A stretch of DNA of 64,000 bases, from NCBI RefSeq assembly GCF_006345805.1, contig NC_043005.1:57970001-58034000 (forward strand). Reading direction: 5' to 3'. This document shows, one piece after another, positions 29,366-42,500 of this stretch (position 1 is the first letter of the stretch; each line of letters opens with the position of its first letter). This stretch comes from Octopus sinensis (Eukaryota). A model generated the notes under the pieces. It made no database searches and was not told where the DNA came from. It saw nothing but the letters and a program-made list of their open reading frames with translations. The translations under genes were made by a program, and so were the position numbers.

Positions 29366-29579
29366 GCATGTGTGTGTTTGTGTGTCTGTGTTTGTCCCCC
29401 TAGCATTGCTTGACAACCGATGCTGGTGTGTTTATGTCCCCATTACTTAGCAGTTCGGCAAAAGAGACCGATAGAATAAGTACTGGGCTTACAAGTTGCT
29501 CGATTAAAGGCGGTGCTCCAGCATGGCCGCAGTCAAATGACTGAAACAAGTAAAAGAGTATGTCTGCAACCACTGTTAC

Positions 29580-29612
<33 letters not shown>

Positions 29613-30873
29613 TATCATCATCATTGCTACCATCATTGTTGTTGTCATCCTGTTCCCCTTCTTCTTTTTTCTCACCATTGCATTCTGTGAATTCACTTGT
29701 ACCACATTTCTGGCACACAATGTCTAACCTTTCCTTCAGACTTTCCTTTAACAAGAGAATGGGTTCCTTAGAGGGGATAACAAAAGACAAAAGGATAGGT
29801 GGGGATGTCTTATTTTTACAGAATATAAAAGAGAAACAGACATGACTTTCAGAGGTGTCAACCATTCTAATGAACTGATAATGATATTTTCACAAAGAAG
29901 TAATAAACTGGATCTCACTTACACCAGGCTGGTACTTGTCTTCGTCATCAAACTTAATATCGATGTTCAATAACTGTTCAAAGGATCTTTTCATTTTCTC
30001 TCGATCGTCCAAAGCGTAATGGCAAAGAATCAAGTTAAATCCAGTTTTGAAACTTGGAGATTCATTCATAATGTGTTCAAATGATCCAACAGCTTCTTCA
30101 TATTTACCCATCTTCACAAAAGAGATCCCGATATTTTGCATAATTTTCATTCTAGCAGATGAAAAACAAAAATAAAATAACGTAAATATACATACATAAA
30201 CCCCCAAATGTGGTTCTTGTAACTTTCTAAGACCCCAAAACCTATTTGGCACTTTTAGTTTTACCATGTTAATCACCACATGTACTTTCAGTGGTTCATC
30301 GTAAACTTCACACAACTGCCATATTCACCACCAGTGGTACATTTTCATAATTTGAGAAAATATCTTATTCTCTATATTTGACATGGTTTTGAGGATATTT
30401 AAATAACATGAGTTAGTTTTAATTAAAGTTTAATTATGAAATATTGTAAAAATGCAAAAAAAAAAAAAAATTACATTTCCATGTAATTAAACAGTATGCA
30501 GTGTGATCAGAAATATGTAGCATGACCAGTAAGTTCCAGTAACAGGCTGTGGTGGTCAATGTGTTGAGATATCTCATGACCATGTCTTAAAGAGTTAAGC
30601 AAGAACTGGAGTTGCAAAAATTGTAGAGTGCCATGTTAAATGCCTTTCAGTGCTTCAATATCTCTCTTTCTTTTTTACTTGTTTCAATCATTCGACTGCA
30701 GCCATGCTGGCACCGCCTTTAGTCAAGCAAATCGACCCCAGGACTTATTCTTTGTAAGCCTAGTACTTATTCTATCGGCCTCTTTCACCGAACCTCTAAG
30801 TTATGGGGACATAAACACACCATCATCGGTTGTCAGGCGATGTTGGGGGATAAACACAGACACACAAACATAT

Positions 30874-30924
<51 letters not shown>

Positions 30925-33900
30925 CATATATATGACAGGCTTCTTTCAGTTTCCGACTACCAAATCCACTCACAAGGCTTTGGTTGGCCCGAGGTTATAA
31001 TAGAAGACACTTGCCCAAGGTGCCACGCAGTGGGAAAGAACCCAGAACCATGTGGTTGGTAAGCATGCTACTTACCACACAGCCACTCCTGCGCCTATCT
31101 GTGTGTTCTGAGTGCTAATCCCATAGAAGTTGACTTTGCCTTTCATTCCTTCAGGGTTAATAAAGTATTTACTAGGCATGAAATCAAGGTTAACTGACTC
31201 AGCTTCACATCACTTCTACTATATGTGATCTCATCAGGAATTGATAGCTTCAAAATATATACAAGCCAAGAAGCAGTTATAAAGGGGCAGGAAACCAACT
31301 AAATATAATGTTGAACTGATCAATGGTCTCCCAATCATCCAACCTACCTAGATATAAATAACAACAGGAGGATTACAAGACCCAGCTGTAAACAGTGGGA
31401 GCACTGCGTAATCAACAACAAGCTTGAGATGCTGATTTTATGTTTCCCTATATTAGTTTACAGATTGGAGAGGAAGTCTGCTAGTTCAGTTTTGTTATCA
31501 TTGTGGTTGACGTCATCATCAATATCACCACCGCTGTCATCAACATAACCATCATCGATTTTTATGTGCTTTTTTTTTTTATCATGCTAGCATGCTTTGG
31601 ATGAGACACTTCTTGAGGCAGCATTTTATGGCTGCATGATCTTCCTGATGCCAATCCGAACCTGCTTTCAAGTCAGGTACTTTATTCTTGGCCTTTGCAT
31701 GTTGAGCATATTGTTTATGTGCTGATGCTTGTTTATGAGCAACATAAACATTGAAACACCACCACAGCTCAAGAGGTGTCAATGTGGAGACAAACACACA
31801 GTGCAAAGACAAACACACACATACACCATGTGCACACACCCTAGTGATGATACCACGAAAAATGCACACAGCATATACTGTAAAATGGATGATAACCAAT
31901 CTGAGAAAGCATAGGGTTGTGAGGTACTTTTAGTCCCATCTCACCAAAGTTTTACCACCAACCACTTTAGTACTTGTGTCAATGAGAAAATGTACCCAAT
32001 ACATTCCATGAAGTGGTATGCAACAAGAAAGGCATCTATTCAGAGAAATCAAGCCAAATGACATACACAAACTCCAGTCTTTTAAAGCAGTAACTCCCCA
32101 TAAGAATGGACTGTGACAAACCATACCAACATGGGAAGCAGGCATAAAATGAAGCTTAAGGATCCTGTGAATGGACAGAGATTTAGAGACATATTACTCG
32201 AAACTTTTGACGAAAAAAAAGAGGATATAGCATCACATAATATGGAAGACAACTGGAGGCTCCTACGAGACAACCTGTTGAGGGCTACTGAGCAAATCTG
32301 TGGATGGTACGAAGTTCCCTCTCGACCTAAGGTAATGTGGTGATGGAACAATGTAGTTGACAAGGCCATTAGGGAAAAGAAACAGGCATGGAAGGATTAG
32401 AAGAATGGTGTTAGCAGGGAACTGTATCAAATCGCCAGACGGGAAGCTAGGAGACAGGTTTACTTAGCCAGAGGGGAAGCAGATAAGAAAAAAATTTGCC
32501 AATGTTCTGTGTCGTGAGGACCAAAGATTTGATGTGTTTTGTGTTGCAAGATAGTATGTGAGAGAGAATCCTGATATCATAGGGGAGAAATGTGTCTGCA
32601 TGGATGATGGCTCACTTGAGAGAGACTTGGAGACACCACTATGAAAGGTTGCTAATTGAAAAGAATGAATGGGAGAAAGAGAGTCTACCAAAAGTTGACC
32701 CAACAGGGAGACCAGTTATCCGGATTAACAGTACCATGGTAGATAAAGCAATTAAGGGTATGAAGACAGGGAAAGCCCCTGGCCATCAGAAATCACTGCA
32801 GAAATGGTTAAAATATCTGATGGTGTGGGCTATAGTCTAGTCAAAGATATACCTCTGTAGGGGTGAAGCATGAATTTTTAACATTGAGCTTCACGGAGGC
32901 AATGACAAGCAGCTGAGACCATTGGAGATATGCTGTGCTTGAGAAGACCTGGCAACCCAAGTGAGACCACAGCTGTGGCCTATGTCAGTGTAGCATAACT
33001 GGCCCACTTAAAAGTACCCTTCAATCATTGGGCAAAATACTATGCTTGAGAAGTGAAATCATTGTTGTGGTCAATGCCAGTCCCACCAGACGGGCTCCCA
33101 TGCCAGAGGCATGCAAAAAACACCATGTGAGTGTGGTCAATGCCAGTGCCACCTGACTGGTCCCATGCTGGTGGTATGTAAAAAGCACCGTTCAAGCAGG
33201 CAATCCTAACATCTGAATTGCACATGCAGCATGTCTCTGCCAAGTTTGTACCCAGCCTGCTGAGCACTGAGCAGAAAGAACATCACGTCAAAGTCTATCA
33301 AGATCTCTGTCAGTGTATCGCTGATGACCCATCCTTCATGTTGAGGGTCAACCCTGAGATGAAGCAGCAGTTATCAAAATGGAAGAGCCCTTCATCTCCA
33401 TGACCAAAGAAGGCAGAAACAGAGCTGCAGTTCAATCAAGAGCATGCCCATGTTTGTTTTTTTCAATATCCTTGGTATTGTGCATCAAGAATTCATCCCC
33501 CAGGGCCAGACCATCAACTGAGAGTTCTACTGTCACACTTTAAAGAATTTGAGGGAGGACATTTGATGAGAGAAACTGGATCTGTGGAGTGTCAAGAACT
33601 GGATACTTCACAACAACAATGCACCCTGTCTCCAAGCTGTCTTCACTTTTGAGTTTCTAGCCAAAATCAATATGGTATCACTTTCGTACCTGCCCTTTTT
33701 TGCCAATCAAATATTAAAAGAAATGTCCTCTAGTACACTTGAACTCAAAACTTTCAAACTAGTACTAGCAGTCTAAAACTATTTCAACTGGGACCATGGA
33801 AAGAGAAGCACTTTTATAACTGTTTTTTAAAGTACATCTCTAGAAGAATATTGTACCCACAAATAAACTAACCAACACCAGATTAACCATTAAGCAATAA

Positions 33901-34992
33901 TCAGCGTATGCTTAGGGCATCAAGGGATGCAGGGCTCCAGAGAAATGGTAAATGGTTTATGGCGCAAAAGAAATCACTTCAAGCTTTCTAAAATAATATT
34001 CAGGATGCCTTATCTCTAAGTATAGAAGCAGATGTGTTACATAAGATTAATTTTGAGGATCACCAAAGATTTGACAATTAAAAAAGTAGAAGAAAACTTT
34101 TCAAATATAAATAAAGTGGAAGCATACAAAAATAAGCATTATTTTCCATCTTTTGTTTCATTTTGAAAAATAAAAAAATATTTCATGGCTTGGAATTGTT
34201 TATATTTTCAATTACATATGTATGCGGGTACCAAAATTTTTAAGTGCTTAGGGCCTCTATGAGTAATAATCCAGCCCTGACACAAGCCATATAACTAGGC
34301 AAGTGATCTGGGACTGGCATCCATGGAAAAAAGCTGGACTAGGAGAAGAACAATTCCAAACATAAATCCTCTATTATTGTGAAAAGGCAAAAGTTAATGA
34401 AAGTCAACTTCATTTGGAAAACAACAAAGAGTGCACAAATGTTATTCAGTCCAAAGAAAATCTGAGGATACAATGAACGGATTATATCTAAGACCCCTGC
34501 CCTTCAGCTGCAAGGGTGGAAATACTTATTCACGTACTATATCGAACAACAGTAGCAATTTCACTTTGAAACCGTCAACCCTTCAACTTCTAAGCAGTTC
34601 TCTATGGACTCGGCGAGCTACCGCAACTTTCAATAGCATCAAAGTGGTGTCTTATGAATGGGTATTATTGCTGCAACAAACTGTTGTTTATTGATGTGAA
34701 GGCATTGCTAACATTGTACTGTCTCTAAGCTCAAACCCATACGAGAAAACATCTCTCTTCTATCAAAGATTGCTAATGGTAAATAGCCATTAACACACTT
34801 AATATGAACACTGTCTCTTTTGTCCAGGAGTTTTTTTTCCTCTTGGTAATAACCAGAAAGGAAAATTTAACAAGAAAATTAATTGCAACTATATATATAT
34901 ATGTGTGTGTATATGTACTTATACATTTGATTGTGTGAGTATGTATAAACAGATAGATAGCAATATGCATATATACATATATATATATATAA

Positions 34993-35038
<46 letters not shown>

Positions 35039-35097
35039 CATACATACAGATATATATACACACACACACATACACAAACATATATATGCATATTTAT

Positions 35098-35180
<83 letters not shown>

Positions 35181-38100
35181 TATATATATGTGCATGTGCA
35201 TATACATACACAGACATAGATACACACGCACACAAAAAATGTATATACAGAAAGATAAATGTGTGTGTGCATATATATATATATGTGTACACACACACAC
35301 ACCTATATATTCATGTACATACATACACATATAGAATCTACATAAACATATTGTTATACACACACACACACACATACATGTATGTATGTTGAGTACATAA
35401 GCGATTTCAAAACAATTAACCACTTTGCTCCTCTGTATATCTGTTAATTATTATTAATTAATAAATATATAAATATCAAAGGAACACAGACACACACATG
35501 CACACACACACACACACTCATGTTCAATCACATGTCGATAAATACCTCTGAAAACCAAATCCCAAAGACAATACAATTAACTGTTCTACAAATAAATTGC
35601 CAAAGATTCGATATACAATAAAAATTCTTAACAAAAATAAAAAAAAAACAAGGAATATATTCATTAAAGCCAACAAAATGAAAGTACTTTATATATGGAA
35701 GTTGCTTTTGTCTTTTCCGCTAAAAGAAAATCTAAAAAAAAAAAAAACGTAAGTAAATCTATAAACAAATAAGTAAATCACAAGAATAATAAAATAGACA
35801 ATTGTTGTTGCTGTTGTTGTTCTATTATTCAACAAAACTAAAAGTAAACACGTTTATTATTTTTCCATGAGAACAATATCTTTAAGTTAACAGCAAATAT
35901 CTGAAAGATCAAAGACTTTAAACACTACATTTCTGCTATTGAATTGCTTTTTTTCCCCTTCCTTTCTTTCTCTCATGTTTGTTTAGTTGTGAAGTTGTCA
36001 AGATGAAAAATCAAAATGAAAAAAAAAAACCCCAGATATTTTAAAGAATTTACAAATCCTAAAACGAACTAAGTAATTCCAAGTGCCATAACACCGCACA
36101 AACATGTCAATATATATATTTAAATATATATTCTCTTTAATTCTTCTTCTTTTACCTTAATCCTGTTGTTGTTGTTGTTGTTGTTATTATTATTATTATG
36201 CTTGTTTTGGTTTTACATATTCTAGATAAAACAACAGGAGATTTATTCCTTACTTCATTTCCTTATGAGAAAGTTGAACTTGGTCTAAAGCCATCCGGTA
36301 GAACTTGATAGCCTTCGCATAGTTCTGCTGCTTAAAATATATGTTGCCAATGTTGACTTTCAGTCGACCTAATGAGGTGTAAAAAGACAATTAGGGAGTT
36401 AGGTTATGCTGAAACAGTGAATAGTAAATATGTATACAACAAGTATATAACTGCTTACACCTTTTACTGTATTTCTAATGATAAACACTCTCTATGTATG
36501 TTTAATCCTTTAGCATTTAATCTGGCCATATCTAGCCCAAATATTCTACCTGTTTTATGCTAAAACTGACTGGGTCCAACATCTCACACCTAACCTATAA
36601 TGTCATTCTAAAAACATACAAACACAACATTGAAATCTCAAAGCTACAGGATAATAATGCATGACAAATTCAAAACAATGTGGTCAATGTGGAAACTAGG
36701 GATAGATGAGCGGTTGCTAAGAGCTGTACAAGTCCTATACAGAGACCTTGCCAAATCAGATTGGAAGCTGGTGCAGCCCCCCAGTTTACCAATTTTCACT
36801 CAAACAATCTAACACATACCAGCGTGGAAAGCGGATGTTAAATGATGATGATGATGATGATGATGGTAGCAACTGTTATTTCCTATTTGCTTACCCCTAG
36901 AATGTACGAGAAATGGCTAATATTTCCTTCAAATTTTGCTTTTGTTACATTTATTCAAATCCCAAAGAATCCCTCTCAACATATGGCTATTGTACTCTCC
37001 CACTACTCCTGCTCATGATCAGAGATGCACATATTGTCAACAACTAAGGGACATGCTCATGTGGCTAAGGTCAAGCAAATGACAAGCAAATCTGTGATAT
37101 TGAGCAGAATATTCGCTCAGCACTGAATCTGTCTGAAATATAATGGAAAATAGGTCAGTTTCAAAACATTGATGTCACGGACACAAAAGCAAAGTTTGAT
37201 GGGAATAGTAGTCATTTCCTTTGATTTCTAGACAGAAGCAAATAGAAAATAAACACTTACTGACCAAATACAATAAAAAAGAAAAATTTTGCTAGACAGT
37301 GTTATCAATGAAGACTTACTAAAAGTCAATGATTGGTCAGCTGATTAAGTGGTCTGTTGATTAAGTGAGCAGATATCCTCAAGGTTAAAGAAAAGATAAA
37401 CTCAAACAGAATTCATTAGCAATAGACAAATAAATATATACCTGCGTTGTTGAAGAGCTTGTTCTTAACGATGACATTGTAGGTGTTCAATGCTTCCGTG
37501 TACATTTCACATGCGTAGTAAACACTGGCTAAATTAAACAGAACCTAGAAAACAAATTAAAAGTTTGTAAGAAGAATGAAACCTCTTGACAAATTCATAC
37601 CAAGAAATGTTTTAGTAGCAGATTAAAGATTTCAAAGAACTTACACATGCACTGTTATTAGCTATGGGAAAGCTCATGGCTTAGTGATTAGAGCATTGGG
37701 CCCACAATCACGAGGAAGTGAGTTTGATTCCAAGACTGGGCTGTGTGTTGTGCTCTTGAGCAAGACACTTTATTTCACCTTGCTTAAGTTCACTCAGCTG
37801 TCGAAATGAGTTGTAAAGTCACTGGTGCCAAACTGTATCTGCCATTACTTTTCCCCTGGATAACATTGGTGGCATGGAGAGGGGAGGCATGGTATGCTGG
37901 GGTGACTGTTGGTCTTCCATGAACAACCTTGCCCGGACTTGTGTCTCGGAGGGTAATTTTCTAGGTGCAATCCCACGGTTATTCACCCTTCCGTTACTAG
38001 AACTTCTAGAATATGTTGCATCAATTAGAGATCTATATGACTGGAAGAGTAAAATGTGGCTTCTACAAGCCACAGTGCTGGTTACTCATCCTGGAGAGTT

Positions 38101-38716
38101 TTTTTTTTTGCACTGATTTTGCAGATTCCTGACTCTCTGTTGCCATCCAATTCCATTATTATGAATTTGAATTGGGAGCACGAGTCATGACAAATCTTTC
38201 ATTAGCTGACTACACAATCATGGCCGCCACCCTGATGGATGCATCATGAGTTACTCTGGTGATAGAGCTTAGTGATCTTGACCATTGATCTTCTAGGATT
38301 TCTCTGCTCAGCATGAATGTAAGAAGTACTGTTGACTCACTTGAGCTCTTCCGCTGTCTCTTCACAATCTACCATGCTGCAACCCCATGACTTTGTTATG
38401 TGGCTGGCAGGATGGTTGAACAAGTGCTATACCTTGCTAAAGGGCAGCCCATATCTATGCAGGGTACAGTTGTCACTCTATGAGGTAATTTCAAAATAAT
38501 TGCATACCCTAGGTGAATAGTAACTCCAAATAAATGATCTATAGGCATAAGAGTGGCTGTGTGGTAAGTAGCTTGCTTACAAACCACATGGTTCTGGGTT
38601 CAGTCCCGCTGCAAGGCACCTTGGGCAAGTGTCTTCTAATATAGCTTCGGGCCAACGAAAGACTCGTGAGTGGATTTGGTAGATAGAAACTGAAAGAAGC
38701 CTGTTATATATATGTG

Positions 38717-38791
<75 letters not shown>

Positions 38792-39472
38792 CATATATAT
38801 ATGCCGGTGGCACATAAAAAGCACCATCCGAACGTGACTGATGCCAGTGCCGCCTTGACTGGTTTCAGTGCTGGTGGCATGTAAAAAGCACCAACCAATC
38901 GTGGCCGCTGCCAGCCTCCTCTGACCACTGTGCCGGTGGCATGTAAAAAGCACCCACTACACTCATGGAGTAGTTGGCATTAGGAAGGGCATTGAGTTGT
39001 AGAAACACTGCCAGATCAGACTGGAGCCTGGTGCAGCCTCCTGGCTTCCCAGACCCCGGTCGAACAGTCCAACCTGTGCTAGTACGGAAAACGGACGTTA
39101 AACGATGATGATGATGATGTGTGTGTGTGTGTGTGTGAGTATGTGTGTGTGTGTGCGGGCGTGTATGTGTGTGTGTATATTTTTGGGTATCTGTGTTTGT
39201 CCCCCCAACATCACTTGACACATAGATACATTCACACACACACACAAACATACATCTAGCAGAAGAAGTTATACTAAATTGTTAACTTACTGAATAAGTT
39301 AAATCCAGATTAATAGGTTCTCCCTGGGATAACTGCTTCCTGAGGCGTACAACAGCTTTCTCTTTTTTTTCTGCATCTTTTGCTTTTTCTAAGGCCTGCA
39401 AAAGTAGGAAATTCCTGTCTCAGAGTGTGAAGAGAGACATAACAAAACAAACACAAATATGTGTGTGTGTCT

Positions 39473-39503
<31 letters not shown>

Positions 39504-42500
39504 AGTGTGCATGCATGTGTGTTTTTGTGTCTCTTTGTCTTCACATCACATGTATTTGTAAATGATTGTCACTGTCATACAAGCAGCGTCATTCATTTCC
39601 AATGTATCGCAAAAACATGTCTGGTCATGGGGAAATATTACCTTGCTTGGAAACAGGGTGAGGGTTGGTGACAAGAAAGTTATTTGGCTGTAGAAAATAA
39701 ACTCCATCAGACCTATGCAAACATGGAAGGTGGACATTAAAATGATAATACATATATATATATATATATAATTGGACATGTGTGTAAATATAACAGTTAA
39801 CAATCTCAGAAAAGGAAGGCAAAGTTGGGAGATATAGTTTGTTATGTAAGCATTATACCTGTAAAAGAATGTTTCAGAAACACAAAGTAATAAAGCAGAG
39901 ATTTTGAACTCAGAACATAAAGTATCATAACTAAAAGCTGCATTTTTAGCAGAGGCTCTATCAGTTCTGTTGATTCAATAAAATATGGTTGGTTTATGAA
40001 TTTGTAAAAATGGAAAACTTACAGCAGGAAAATCACAGCGGCTTGTAGAGAAACAGCTTTCTTCAATTAAAGCATAAGCTTTTTTCTCCAGATATTTCAT
40101 TTTCTCTTCTGGTCTGTTTTGTTAACACAAATGAAAATAAAGATAAGAAAACACACAAACACAAGCGATAAAAATTTTTACAAACAAACAAATTATAATT
40201 ATAGCATCTCTACCTCTTCATGTGAAGGTGCATGGCTTATTGGGTAGGTGTTCAGCTCATGATCAAAAGGCTGTGTGTTCGATTCCTAGGCCAGGCGATA
40301 TATTGTGCCCTTGAACAAGGCACCTCGTTTCCCATTGTTTCAATCTACCCAGCCAGGGGTTAGTGCAACCCTTCTCTCCCTCCAAGTGCCACATGTTGGA
40401 TATTCTGCTGGGTTTTAAGATGAGGAAGCCAAGAAAGTGTCTAGGATTGGACACAGACACCAATATCAATTCGTTAAAGCATGCCATATGTTACCAAGTC
40501 CTACTCACACTTGAGTGACATGTTCAGTGACCTTCATAGACAGGCAAACTTAATCTGTTATCTGATTTAACAGCTCTTCTTGTCTCTTGCAAGCACAAGA
40601 ATAACCCATGAATTTGGAATTCTTCCTCACTTTCTCCCACCAGTATTTGAGGTAGTGGAAAAAGTTAAGAGTGTCACTCTTCTTCTCTCAACTAAAAGTT
40701 TATTTAAAAACTCTTCAATAATTATAGTAAACAGAAGGCATCTCTTCTTCTTCTTCGGCGGCGGCATCATCATCATCATCATTTGACATCCACTTTTCTT
40801 TACTTAAACAGGATCAGATAGAATTTCTTGAGGCAGAATTCCTATGGCCAGGTGCCTTTTGCATGTCATTGGTACAGTGCCTTTTATGTGTTACTAGCAC
40901 TGACCAAGACCATGATTTCCCTTAGCTTGACATGTCTTCTCATACACAGTAAATCATCAGAAGTTTTGGTCGCTTGTCATCGTCTCCATAAGACTCAACA
41001 ACTGAAGATCATATTTCACCACCTTCTTCCTGGATCTAGCCTCTTCCACAGGTTCCCTCCACAACTAGAGATCAACACATATATATATGATGATGGACTC
41101 TCCCATTGTTAGATGATGTATGAGGGTTTGACAATTTCTTATCGAACAACTACACTGATGATTTGTTTATAGTGATCAATTGTTTGTGTAGACATAAGCT
41201 CACTTCCTCCATCAAATCGACATTACCTGTACAGGTGCAACAGGTGCCACATGTCAGATGTTGAAATGATCACAGAGCAACATGAAATGAAGTACTTTGC
41301 TCAAAAACAAAACACAACACCCGGTCTGGGAATCGAACCCATGATCTTGCAATTGTGAGTGCAACACCTTAACCACTAAGCCATACATGATGGGTTTTTT
41401 TTATTTCTTTATTGCACACAAGGGGGTAAACATAGAGGAGACAAACAAGGACAGACAAAGAGATTATGTCATTTACATCGACCCCAGTGCGTAACTGGTA
41501 CTTAATTTATTAACCCCGAAAGGATGAAAGGCAAAGTTGACCTCAGCGGAATTTGAACTCAGAACGTAATGGCAGACGAAATACCACTAAGCATTTCACC
41601 CGGTGTGCTAATGTTCCTGCCAGCTCACCACCTTTCTTTCAGTTTCTGTCCACCAAATTCACTCACAAGGCTTATGTTGACATGAGGTTATAGTGGAAAA
41701 CACTTAGCCAAGTACTGAACTCAAGATCACATGGTCAGCAAGCAAGCTTCTTAACCACAAAGCTACATGTGCATCTCCAATGACTGTCTAAAAGGAGCAA
41801 AAACAAGAGAAAGCAAAACGGCAACTCAATAAAGACCCCCTACCCTCCATCCCCATCCCACCAGAAAGAGAGAAGTTAATCAAGAAATAGCAAAACGAAA
41901 TAAAAGTAATCATTAGAAGATATGCAGAAACTCAAAGCCGTTTCTATTCTTTCATTCATTATTTTCTTGAGAATTGTCCTTCATAAGAAAAAAATAAATG
42001 AATAAAAAATTTGAAAAAAATCAGAAGCTGATTTTTTTTTTTTCCTGTTTCCCCCCCCCCCCGTATACACAGATAACACAAAATATTTGAGTTATTAGAC
42101 TACTAAACTTACTTATACATACAAGAACCTTACATGAAAAGAACTACTTTTTGGGAAAAAATACAAGTCACATAGTGAGAGACTAATCAAAGGACGAAAA
42201 AATAAAAATGTAGCCAAAGTACTTCAGTATGTCAACATCTGAAAATAATTGCAGTTATTGCCAATAAACATCAAAGCAAAAGAAATATATGTCAGTATGC
42301 TTATCTTGACATCCCAGCTTTCTCTCTCTCTCACATACACACATATATATACTTACGAATGTGTGCCATCATAGTCATCATAATCATTAACATCATCAAT
42401 GGTCATCATCATCATTTTAAAATCTACTTCCCTAAGCATGCTTGAATCAGATGGAATTCATTTAGGAAGATACTCTATGGCCTGATGTCCTTTCTGTTGC

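Noticed and set aside
34773-35423. Many overlapping YIYI/CVCV ORFs (also 21398-21861 and 45626-45924)
   Set aside because: Artefacts of dinucleotide microsatellites that lack stop codons.
39857-39890. cttttacAG|GTataa as a recursive splice site
   Set aside because: It lies in a 627-bp intron, where recursive splicing is not expected, and the donor is weak.
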